Positions 9,772-17,819 of a stretch of DNA of 64,000 nucleotides are shown in pieces; within the stretch, counting starts at the first letter, position 1; the number at the start of each line of letters is the position of its first letter. The notes beneath the pieces were generated by a model. That model was not told the origin of the DNA. It was given only the letters and a program-made list of their open reading frames with translations, and searched no databases. Location of the stretch: assembly GCA_964406665.1 (NCBI GenBank), contig CAYOSQ010000001.1, positions 199,412 to 263,411 of the forward strand, given 5' to 3'. Origin of the DNA: an uncultured Planctomycetia bacterium. Its GTDB lineage: Bacteria; Omnitrophota; Gorgyraeia; VGKH01; JBHPFN01. The translations under genes were made by a program, and so were the position numbers.

Positions 9772-10545
9772 ATGAGTGATTTGAAAGGAAAGAGCGCCAT
9801 CATTACAGGTGCAAGCCGTGGCATTGGCAAAGCCATTGCTATGCGTCTGGCTAAAAGTGGCGTGAACATTGTTTTGGCTGCAAGGACAAAAGAAGTTTTA
9901 GATGAGACAACAGAGCTGATTAAAAAAGAAACTGGTGTTAAGGCTATAGGGATTCCCACGGACGTTAGCAAATTAGAGGATCTTAAGAATTTAGCTGATT
10001 CTGCAAAGAAGGAATTTAAAACAATTGATATCCTTATTAATAATGCCGGGGTTTCTAGTCAGTTTCCATTTGAAAAACAACCATTTGAAGATCTGGAGCG
10101 TTTAGCGCATACCAATTATTTAGGATATGTGCGCTTAATCCGTCTGCTTATTCCGGATATGATCGAGAGAAAAAGCGGGTCGATTATAAACATGGTATCA
10201 GGCTCTACTTTAGTAGATCCAGTACCTAGGACGTTTTTAACTTATAGTTCTCTTAAAGTTGGTTTACGGGCGTTTTCCAAGGGTTTATTCTGGGAGATGA
10301 GAGATCACGGGATAAAGGTAACTTCTATTTTACCCGGAGTTGCTGATACAGATTTAACCGGAAAGTTGCAGAATATTACGCAAGAGTCTAAGGAGCGTCT
10401 TATTACAGCAGATACTATTGTAGATACTGTAATGTTTGCTTTATCGGTTCCAGCCAATGCTTGTCCGATAGAACTGGCAGTGATTAATCAGCAGACACCT
10501 TGGGCAAAACCAGTAATTCCATTTGCACAAAAACATCCAAAATAA
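9772..10545 (+). CDS. SDR family oxidoreductase (FabG/ketoreductase-like)
   Basis: TGASRGIGKAIA Rossmann motif, NNAG, and YSSLK in the catalytic-YxxxK-like region. A GGAGG RBS 6 nt upstream supports this ATG over the ORF-track start at 9760. Confidence 0.8.
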   Translation: MSDLKGKSAIITGASRGIGKAIAMRLAKSGVNIVLAARTKEVLDETTELIKKETGVKAIGIPTDVSKLEDLKNLADSAKKEFKTIDILINNAGVSSQFPFEKQPFEDLERLAHTNYLGYVRLIRLLIPDMIERKSGSIINMVSGSTLVDPVPRTFLTYSSLKVGLRAFSKGLFWEMRDHGIKVTSILPGVADTDLTGKLQNITQESKERLITADTIVDTVMFALSVPANACPIELAVINQQTPWAKPVIPFAQKHPK

Positions 10546-10561
10546 AGGAAAGGAGTATCAA

Positions 10562-12022
10562 ATGAAAGTTTTATTCGTAACACCACAATTAGGTTCATGG
10601 GCAACACACGGTCATCACTTAGCACCAAATCAGCTGCACGCACAGTGGGCAGCGTTTATAAGGGAAAAAGGAACAGCAGAGGTTGAGGTATTGGATTGCA
10701 AGGCAATGGAGATTCCTAAAGATAAAATGGTTCAGATGATTAAAGAAAAGAATCCTGACTTTGTAGTTTTAGGAGATATGTTGCATTCATACGGAGGATA
10801 TGGAGTTCTTTGGCATTTCAACGAGTCAGCTAAGATGATTAAAGAAGCCAATCCGAACCAGACAATAATCGTAGGCGGCCTGTGGTATTCGGCAATGCCG
10901 ACGCAAACGCTGGAAGATAATCCAGCTATAGATTATGTAGTAATGGGTGAAGAAGAAGCATTCAATGATTTATTAATAGCAATTGAAGAGAATAAAAATC
11001 TAAAAGAAGTTGCTGGGGTAACTTCTAGAATAAATAATGAGATAGTAATGGGTCCACACAGGCCGCTATCGACGGATCTAGATAGCCTTCCTCTTCCGGC
11101 TTACGATTTGTTTCCCATGGAAAAATATGTCGGGCATACATATTGGATGCCGTTTGTCGAAATAGTTACATCCCGGGGATGTCCGTCGGCATGTACTTTT
11201 TGTTATGAATGGGATCAATATGATCCGCGACACCCGAATGATTTCTTAAAATGGCGGGCAAAATCTCCCAAGAGAGTTATCGAAGAGCTAGATCTTTTAC
11301 ATGAGAAGTTCGGTGTAAAGGTAGTAGTAATCCAAGATGATAATTTTAATGTTAATCCCGAGCGCGTAAAAGAGTTCTGTGAGTTAAAGTTAAAGAGCAA
11401 GAATCCAATTAAGTGGGTTTCTTTAGGACGTGCGGTTGATTGGGTTAACTGTGAGAGTATTTTGCCTCTTATGAAAGAAGCAGGTTTCTTCTTGGGAGTA
11501 TTTGGTATTGAAGTTACCACAGAAGAAGAACTTAAGAAAATCGCAAAAGGTATAACAATCAAACAGATAAGAAAGACGATTGATATATTAAGAGGAAATA
11601 ATATTGCAGTAGTTGCAGATATCATGGTAGGTTTTGATCATGATAGTGAACGTACTATCAAACAGAGATTCGAATTTACCGATGAAGTTGACCCGGATAT
11701 TCTCTGGGTTGGTTTTGTAACACCTGCGCCAAACTCTCCAATTTGGAAGAAAGGTATTACTAAAGGTTTAATTGATTATAAAGGAATTGATTTCAGACAG
11801 TGGGATTTTTTGCATCCGGTTATGCCTACAGATCATTTGTCTCCCGAGGATTTAGGAAGATTAGGTGCATGGTGCATGAGAGAGTTTTTCAGTAAGCCCG
11901 GTAGAATTCACAGAATTATGGAGAGTGATTTCGACCAGTTAGCAAAAGTATGTTTTCAGGATGTTATGAATAATGTACCTAAATGGGAAGCTGGAGCAAC
12001 TAAGGGAGAAGCACATATCTAA
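10562..12022 (+). CDS. B12-binding domain radical SAM protein
   Basis: An N-terminal cobalamin-binding-like domain is followed by the CxxxCxxC radical SAM motif (…RGCPSACTFCYE…). An AGGAG RBS precedes the ATG at 10562; the longer ORF-track start at 10523 has no RBS. Confidence 0.8.
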   Translation: MKVLFVTPQLGSWATHGHHLAPNQLHAQWAAFIREKGTAEVEVLDCKAMEIPKDKMVQMIKEKNPDFVVLGDMLHSYGGYGVLWHFNESAKMIKEANPNQTIIVGGLWYSAMPTQTLEDNPAIDYVVMGEEEAFNDLLIAIEENKNLKEVAGVTSRINNEIVMGPHRPLSTDLDSLPLPAYDLFPMEKYVGHTYWMPFVEIVTSRGCPSACTFCYEWDQYDPRHPNDFLKWRAKSPKRVIEELDLLHEKFGVKVVVIQDDNFNVNPERVKEFCELKLKSKNPIKWVSLGRAVDWVNCESILPLMKEAGFFLGVFGIEVTTEEELKKIAKGITIKQIRKTIDILRGNNIAVVADIMVGFDHDSERTIKQRFEFTDEVDPDILWVGFVTPAPNSPIWKKGITKGLIDYKGIDFRQWDFLHPVMPTDHLSPEDLGRLGAWCMREFFSKPGRIHRIMESDFDQLAKVCFQDVMNNVPKWEAGATKGEAHI

Positions 12023-12023
12023 A

Positions 12024-12962
12024 ATGAAAATCTGGGATAGCCATAATCATTGGATGCCGCCGGAGGTGGCAGAAAATACTACTTTTTTTAAGGTGCATTG
12101 GTCTGATAGCGACGCATTGCTGAAAGCTTTAGATAGTGCACAGATTGAAAAGGCAGTATTGTTATATCCTACATCTGATGCACATTTAAATATGGGAGGA
12201 TGGGCAGATGTCTGTTCTGTCTATAATCAGGAAGTTGCCAAAAAGGTAAAGCAGCATCCTGATAGGTTTATCGGAGCAGGAATTCTTCCTGTTGATTCTC
12301 CTGATAAGATGGTTGATGAGGTAGTTAGAATTAAAGAATTAGGTTTATCAGCTTTATCGTTAGCATCAAGCTATGACGGTAAGTTTCTTGATGATGAAAT
12401 GTTCTTAGGTGTATTTGAGATGGCAGAAAAACAAGGACTTCCTGTATTTGTACATTCACAGATTATGAATCCTATTGGTTTTGAGAGAGTGAAAGATCCT
12501 CTTTTGATGCCGGTTTTAGAGTATGTTTTTGACGTAACTATGTGCGCAGGTAAACTTATGATGGAAGGAGTTTTTGCAAGGTTTCCTAAGCTTAAGTTTG
12601 TGTTTGCGCATTTTGCCGGAATAATGCCGTTTGTAGGTGATAGGTTTGATGCTACATATTCTATGTTGCGTACCAGAAATATCGTAAAAGATTTAGGAGC
12701 GCAACCAACAGAGATATTAAAGAATATTTTTGTAGATGCAAGTGGAACAAAATCTAAAGCTATGCTTAATATGGCGCTGGAATTTTTCGGTCCCACAAGA
12801 ATCATCTGGGGATCAGATTTTCCTGCAAAGCGTGATTTAGCCGAAAGTATAAATACGGTTAAGGCTTTAGATATTAAAGATAAATCAAAACAGGCAATTT
12901 TATCAGAGAATATTAAATCGATTTTCAAACGAGACAACAACTTACGGAATGCAATGACGTAA
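12024..12962 (+). CDS. amidohydrolase-2 (PF04909, ACMSD/metal-dependent hydrolase or decarboxylase) family protein
   Basis: N-terminal …KIWDSHNHWMPPE… (HxH metal motif). The ~310-aa size suits a TIM-barrel fold. The ATG at 12024 lies just after the rSAM stop. Confidence 0.65.
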   Translation: MKIWDSHNHWMPPEVAENTTFFKVHWSDSDALLKALDSAQIEKAVLLYPTSDAHLNMGGWADVCSVYNQEVAKKVKQHPDRFIGAGILPVDSPDKMVDEVVRIKELGLSALSLASSYDGKFLDDEMFLGVFEMAEKQGLPVFVHSQIMNPIGFERVKDPLLMPVLEYVFDVTMCAGKLMMEGVFARFPKLKFVFAHFAGIMPFVGDRFDATYSMLRTRNIVKDLGAQPTEILKNIFVDASGTKSKAMLNMALEFFGPTRIIWGSDFPAKRDLAESINTVKALDIKDKSKQAILSENIKSIFKRDNNLRNAMT

Positions 12963-12980
12963 GTTATAGTGTCGAGTTAG

Positions 12981-13034
12981 TCCCGCCCTTTTGGTAAAGG
13001 TGGGAAATAAACATAGCCTGCCAAAAGGGCGGGA
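12981..13034. terminator. GC-rich 14-bp perfect inverted repeat (TCCCGCCCTTTTGG … CCAAAAGGGCGGGA), a putative bidirectional terminator or structural boundary element
   Basis: Seen directly in the sequence, right after the amidohydrolase stop and before the PNP gene. There is no strong U-tract on either side. Confidence 0.45.
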
Positions 13035-13105
13035 TTAATTCGGACAAATGATTTATGTCGGCAGGTGCCTCCATAAATCATGTCATCATTAAAAGGAGAA
13101 TAGGT

Positions 13106-13855
13106 ATGCCGATGCAAAAAGATATTCACTTAACTGGTAAAGATTTAGCTGGAATGGTTCAGCTGCGCCCGCAGGATATTGGAAAATATATTATTGTACC
13201 GGGGACACCTGATAGGCTCCAGGCGGCGATGAAGAAATTGCAAGACCCGCTTAAAAATTTTTCCTTTATGGAACACACTATGTATACAGGAGCAATAGAT
13301 GGAATAAGGGTAAGTGCTTTAAATGGAGGAATGTTCTGCGCTAACACATCTATTACAACAGAAATTCTTTGTAATGTTGAAGCACAGAATGTTATTCGCT
13401 TAGGCTCTTGCGGTGCATTAAGAGAAGATATAAAAGTTGGAGATCTAATTTTAGTTACTGATTGTATCCGCGGTGACGGCGTAACGCCTTATTATGTTGA
13501 TAAGGATTTTAAAACCTCGGCTGATGAAAGTATCAACGAGGCTTTAGAGAAGGCAGCTAAAAAACTAGGCATAGCAATACACAAAGGTCCGGCTTGGACA
13601 ACAGATGCTCTGTTAAGAGAAACTAAAGAGATTGTAAATGCAAAAGCCGAAGAAGGTGCTATTGCAGTAGATATGGTTTCTTCTGCATTTCTTACAATTG
13701 CTCAGACCTATAAGGTGAAAGCAGCATCTATTTTAGCGGTAAGCGATAACCTTATGACCGGTGAAGTTGGTTTTGCTAATCCGATGTTTTATATGGCTCA
13801 ATCATCAATGATAAATGTAGCAACAGAAGCTATAAAAATATTAGAGGGAAAATGA
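13106..13855 (+). CDS. PNP/UDP-family nucleoside phosphorylase (PF01048; purine/MTA/5'-deoxyadenosine phosphorylase candidate)
   Basis: DeoD-like motifs …IVPGTPDRL… and …IRLGSCGAL…. An AAAGGAGAA RBS precedes the ATG at 13106. Confidence 0.75.
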   Translation: MPMQKDIHLTGKDLAGMVQLRPQDIGKYIIVPGTPDRLQAAMKKLQDPLKNFSFMEHTMYTGAIDGIRVSALNGGMFCANTSITTEILCNVEAQNVIRLGSCGALREDIKVGDLILVTDCIRGDGVTPYYVDKDFKTSADESINEALEKAAKKLGIAIHKGPAWTTDALLRETKEIVNAKAEEGAIAVDMVSSAFLTIAQTYKVKAASILAVSDNLMTGEVGFANPMFYMAQSSMINVATEAIKILEGK

Positions 13856-14802
13856 AAATTTCGCCACTGTTTTGGCCTGTCGAACTTAAAGGTAATACAA
13901 TATTTATCTTAGATGAAACATTGTTGCCTGAGAAGACAAAATATATTAAGGCTAAAACTTATCTGGATTGTTGTCGGGCTATACGTCAGATGAAGACTCG
14001 TGCAGTAGGGCAGGTTTCTATTGTTTTTTATATGTTTTTACTTGAGCTTAAGAATTGTAAGAGTTGTTCAAGGGAACATTTAAAGAAAAGGTTTAAAAAA
14101 ATTTCTCAAGAGATAGAATCATCGCGGCCGACATTCCCCTTTTATGTGTTTACTTCAATGGTTTTGGGCTGGTTGGAGTCAATGGAAGGCGATATATCAG
14201 AGCAGCTTGAGAAAAAGTTGCGCGGCTTTTTGGAATATCTCAAGGGAAGTCGTTTAAAAAGATCAGAAATCGTTGCCGGGTTAATTAAAAATAAAAGCAG
14301 AATTTTAACTCATTGCAACATAAGTGGAGAGCTCGTTGCCGTTGCTCAGGCATGCAAAAGATCAAAGAAGCAGGTTGAGTTTTTCGTAACCGAAACACGT
14401 CCATATCTTCAAGGCTCTCGGCTTACGGCTTGGGAATTAAAAAAATCTGGTTTTAAAGTAACAGTTGTACCTGATAGCTGTGTTGCTCAGATTTTTAGCA
14501 AAGATTTAGTGGATTTGGTTTTAGTTGGTTCAGATAGATCTACTTCTGACAAAGCAATTATCAATAAAATTGGAACTTATCAAATTGCCAGTTTAGCCAA
14601 AGAGTTCAAGGTTCCTTTTTATGCGCTTATTCAATTACAATCAGCAAATACGCACAGTAAAAATGTTGCTATAGAAGAGCGCCCAAGTGAAGAGATCTTA
14701 AAATTTAACGGTAAAGACATTGTTCCCAAAGGAGTAAAGGGGTATTATCCAGCATTTGATATAACTCCAAAAGAATTGGTTGTCCAACAGGTTCCACTAT
14801 AG
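13852..14802 (+). CDS. eIF-2B alpha/beta/delta family isomerase (MtnA-like 5-methylthioribose-1-P / 5-deoxyribose-1-P isomerase)
   Basis: The N-terminus (…WPVELKGNTIFILDETLLPEKTKYIK…) matches MtnA-type starts. The C-terminal half has …VTETRPYLQGSRLTAWEL…VTVVPDS…. Confidence 0.7.
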   Translation: MKISPLFWPVELKGNTIFILDETLLPEKTKYIKAKTYLDCCRAIRQMKTRAVGQVSIVFYMFLLELKNCKSCSREHLKKRFKKISQEIESSRPTFPFYVFTSMVLGWLESMEGDISEQLEKKLRGFLEYLKGSRLKRSEIVAGLIKNKSRILTHCNISGELVAVAQACKRSKKQVEFFVTETRPYLQGSRLTAWELKKSGFKVTVVPDSCVAQIFSKDLVDLVLVGSDRSTSDKAIINKIGTYQIASLAKEFKVPFYALIQLQSANTHSKNVAIEERPSEEILKFNGKDIVPKGVKGYYPAFDITPKELVVQQVPL

Positions 14803-14812
14803 AAGGAAAGCT

Positions 14813-15268
14813 ATGAAAAAATCTATACTTATTCACGGTTTGCCTAAAGATGATTTTTATCGAACCTTAAGCAAAAAAAATAGTTATATTGTTACAGAAT
14901 CCCGTCCGGATTTGACTGGGGCAAAGGTAGCTGCAAAAAAATTAGCGGATAAAAAACTTAATGTTACCTTAATCTGTGATAATATGGCTGCTTTTTGTAT
15001 GGCGCAGAATAAAATCAGCAAAATATATTTATTTTATGAAAAAAAAGACAAAAATAATTTATTATGTAAAGTAGGTTCTTTAGGTTTAGCAATTTTAGGA
15101 AAAAGGCATAAGGTTCCTGTTTATGCTTATGAGGGTAAGGCTTTGAGAAAGCGCGCTACAAAAAAAGAAATGATTTATCTAATGGGCAAACTCATTGCTC
15201 CCAAAAATGTTTCTGTTTATAAAGAATTAACAGATGAAGTCCCGGTAAAATTTATAAAAAATAAATAA
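14813..15268 (+). CDS. truncated eIF-2B/MtnA-like paralog (C-terminal-half-like domain only)
   Basis: 151 aa. …IVTESRPDLTGAKVAAKKLADKKLNVTLICDNMAAFCMAQ… parallels the …ETRP…G…TVVPDS… segment of the upstream isomerase. Confidence 0.5.
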   Translation: MKKSILIHGLPKDDFYRTLSKKNSYIVTESRPDLTGAKVAAKKLADKKLNVTLICDNMAAFCMAQNKISKIYLFYEKKDKNNLLCKVGSLGLAILGKRHKVPVYAYEGKALRKRATKKEMIYLMGKLIAPKNVSVYKELTDEVPVKFIKNK

Positions 15269-15284
15269 ACATAAGGAAATAATT

Positions 15285-16286
15285 ATGGCTGATAAAAAGA
15301 TAGAAATAATAAATCAATTAATTGAAATCGGCAGCATTCTTTATCAAAAAAATTTAGCTGTTGGTAGATCAGGAAATTTAAGTGCTAAACTTGATGATAA
15401 TAAAATATTGATCAGCGCTCAAGGTACTACTTTAGGATTTTTGAAAAAAGAAGACTTTCTTGTGGTTGATTTAGAAGGAAAACCAGAGGAGAAGTCAAAA
15501 AAATTTCCTTCTTCTGAGGTTCCGATTCATACAGAGATTTATAAGAATTTAAAAACCGGATTTGTTATTCATGCCCATCCGCCGATTACCAGTGCTTATT
15601 TTGCCGTAAATGATTTTTTGGAGCCGGTAACTTTTGAAACCAAGCTCTATTTAGGAAATGTCCCGGTGATTTATCAAGATACACCGGCAGTTACTAAGCT
15701 TACACCGGTAATTGAGGCTTTGAAGATTAGCAACATCGTAGTTTTAAAAAATCATGGCTCTATTTCTATTGCTAACAATTCTATTGATGCCTTGCTTTTA
15801 ATGGAGGAGTTGGAGGTCGCCAGTAATATGTCGTATATATTTTTGTTTCTATCCTCAAAAAGTTTAACTGGAGATAAATGTGTGCAGGAAGAAAAAAAGG
15901 TATCTGGAGAATCTTTCGAAATGTTTTCATCCCAGCACATACAAAGAATAGTAGATTTGGCTAATCAGGATCAATATATTAAGGAAAAAGGGGAAGAGCT
16001 AGATTTAACCACGCAGGTTGTTATAAAGCTGGATGAAGCAAATCTGGCGTATAAGTTTGTTTTCGAAAAGGGAAGTGTCAAGAAAATTGATAATGATTTT
16101 GACGCACCTTTTATTATTTCAGGGAAAGAAGCTATTTGGCGCTTGATCTTTGAAGGGAAGCTCGATCCTTTTGTTGCAACAACTCAGGGAAAGCTTAAAT
16201 TAAAGGGAGATTTTGGAAAAATTTCAAAATGGTATGCTCCATTTAACCGGCTGTTCATTATATTTAAGCAGGTGGGGATAAAATGA
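15285..16286 (+). CDS. class II aldolase/adducin-family protein fused to a C-terminal SCP2 sterol-carrier-like domain (MtnB/FucA/Ald2-like)
   Basis: Class II aldolase motifs …AVGRSGNLSAK…, …VIHAHPP…, …KNHGSIS…. The C-terminal ~100 aa (…FVATTQGKLKLKGDFGKISKW…) are SCP2-like. Confidence 0.7.
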   Translation: MADKKIEIINQLIEIGSILYQKNLAVGRSGNLSAKLDDNKILISAQGTTLGFLKKEDFLVVDLEGKPEEKSKKFPSSEVPIHTEIYKNLKTGFVIHAHPPITSAYFAVNDFLEPVTFETKLYLGNVPVIYQDTPAVTKLTPVIEALKISNIVVLKNHGSISIANNSIDALLLMEELEVASNMSYIFLFLSSKSLTGDKCVQEEKKVSGESFEMFSSQHIQRIVDLANQDQYIKEKGEELDLTTQVVIKLDEANLAYKFVFEKGSVKKIDNDFDAPFIISGKEAIWRLIFEGKLDPFVATTQGKLKLKGDFGKISKWYAPFNRLFIIFKQVGIK

Positions 16287-17779
16287 AAAAAGAAAACTAT
16301 AAGATGTTAATAAATGGAAGCTTTGTTGAGGCAGAATCAAAACAGACACTTTCTTCAGTTAATCCGTCAACGGGGCAGATTATAGCTGAGTTTCCTAAAG
16401 CAAGCATTAAGGATGTAAAAAAAGCCATTGCCGCTGCACGAGAGGCTTTTGATAATGGTGAGTGGCCTAAACTTTCTAATTATGAAAGAGGCCAATATCT
16501 TATTAAGATTGCTAATTTAATTAAAGAAAAAGCGCAGCATTTAGCAGAGATTGAGACAAAAGATTCAGGAAAGACGATAAAAGAAACTACTTTTATTGAT
16601 GTTCCAACAGCTGCAAATGTGTTTGAGTATTTTGCAACTTGTGCTGATCAATTTATGCGCGGTAAGACAATACCCGTTCCGGCTAATGAATTAAATTATA
16701 CTTTAAGAGAACCAGTAGGCGTAGTTGCTCAAATAATTCCTTGGAACTACCCTTTACTATTTCTTGCCTGGAAGATTGCTCCGGCAATAAGTGTGGGTAA
16801 CTGCGTAGTTTTAAAACCAGCAAGCCTTACTTCTTTAGCTGCTTTAGAATTGGCTAAGATAATGGATGAAGCTGGTTTACCAAAAGGTGTGGTGAATATT
16901 GTAACCGGCAGCGGCAGTGAAATAGGCAGTGAGCTTGCTAGCAACAAAGATGTTGATAAAGTAAGCCTCATAGGTTCAACTAGTACAGGTAAGAAAGTAA
17001 TGAAGCTTGCATCCGAGAATATCAAAAAGGTAGCACTTGAGCTGGGAGGGAAGTCAGCAAATATTATTTTTGATGATGCAGATATTGAAACTGCTGTGAA
17101 TGGAACTATGACGGCAATATTTATGAATCAAGGTCAGATGTGTACTGCCGGTTCTCGAGTTTTGGTCCATGAGAAAATTCATGATAAGTTTGTGAACCTT
17201 CTATTGGAAAAAGTAGCAAAACTAAAAATAGGAGATCCGCTTGAGCACGAGACAGATTTAGGGCCACTTTCTTCAGATAAGCAGAGGGATAAGGTAATAG
17301 AATCTATAGAGGCTGCAAAAAAAGAAGGGGCTAAGTTGGTTTTTGGAGGTAAAACCCCAAAGGATAGTAAATTAAAAGATGGATTTTATTTTGAGCCGAC
17401 AATATTTGATTCTGTAAAGAACAATATGGCCATTGCTCAAGAAGAGGTGTTTAGTCTTGTGCTATCAATAATTACTTTTTCGTCTTTGGAAGAAGCCGTA
17501 TCAATTGCTAATGATAGTAAATATGGACTTGCCGGGATTATCTGGACTAACGATGTGAAGAAGGCCCACGTGGTTGCATCCGGTCTTAAGGCAGGAACGA
17601 TCTGGGTTAATACTTACGGAGGTTTTCATGCACAGATGCCCTTTGGCGGTTACAAGCAAAGTGGATTTAGCAAAGAGTTAGGAGAAGAAGGGCTTCTTGA
17701 ATATACAAATCTTAAGGCTGTAAATATGGATCTTACTATTGATGGTATGCCTCTTGTTTGCCACTGGTTTAATAAATAG
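16283..17779 (+). CDS. NAD(P)+-dependent aldehyde dehydrogenase
   Basis: ALDH signatures …ELGGKSANIIF… and catalytic Cys in …GQMCTAGSR…. 498 aa. Confidence 0.9.
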   Translation: MKKENYKMLINGSFVEAESKQTLSSVNPSTGQIIAEFPKASIKDVKKAIAAAREAFDNGEWPKLSNYERGQYLIKIANLIKEKAQHLAEIETKDSGKTIKETTFIDVPTAANVFEYFATCADQFMRGKTIPVPANELNYTLREPVGVVAQIIPWNYPLLFLAWKIAPAISVGNCVVLKPASLTSLAALELAKIMDEAGLPKGVVNIVTGSGSEIGSELASNKDVDKVSLIGSTSTGKKVMKLASENIKKVALELGGKSANIIFDDADIETAVNGTMTAIFMNQGQMCTAGSRVLVHEKIHDKFVNLLLEKVAKLKIGDPLEHETDLGPLSSDKQRDKVIESIEAAKKEGAKLVFGGKTPKDSKLKDGFYFEPTIFDSVKNNMAIAQEEVFSLVLSIITFSSLEEAVSIANDSKYGLAGIIWTNDVKKAHVVASGLKAGTIWVNTYGGFHAQMPFGGYKQSGFSKELGEEGLLEYTNLKAVNMDLTIDGMPLVCHWFNK

Positions 17780-17819
17780 TTTTACATAATTAATTTAATT
17801 GTAAAAAAGCAGTTTTTAA

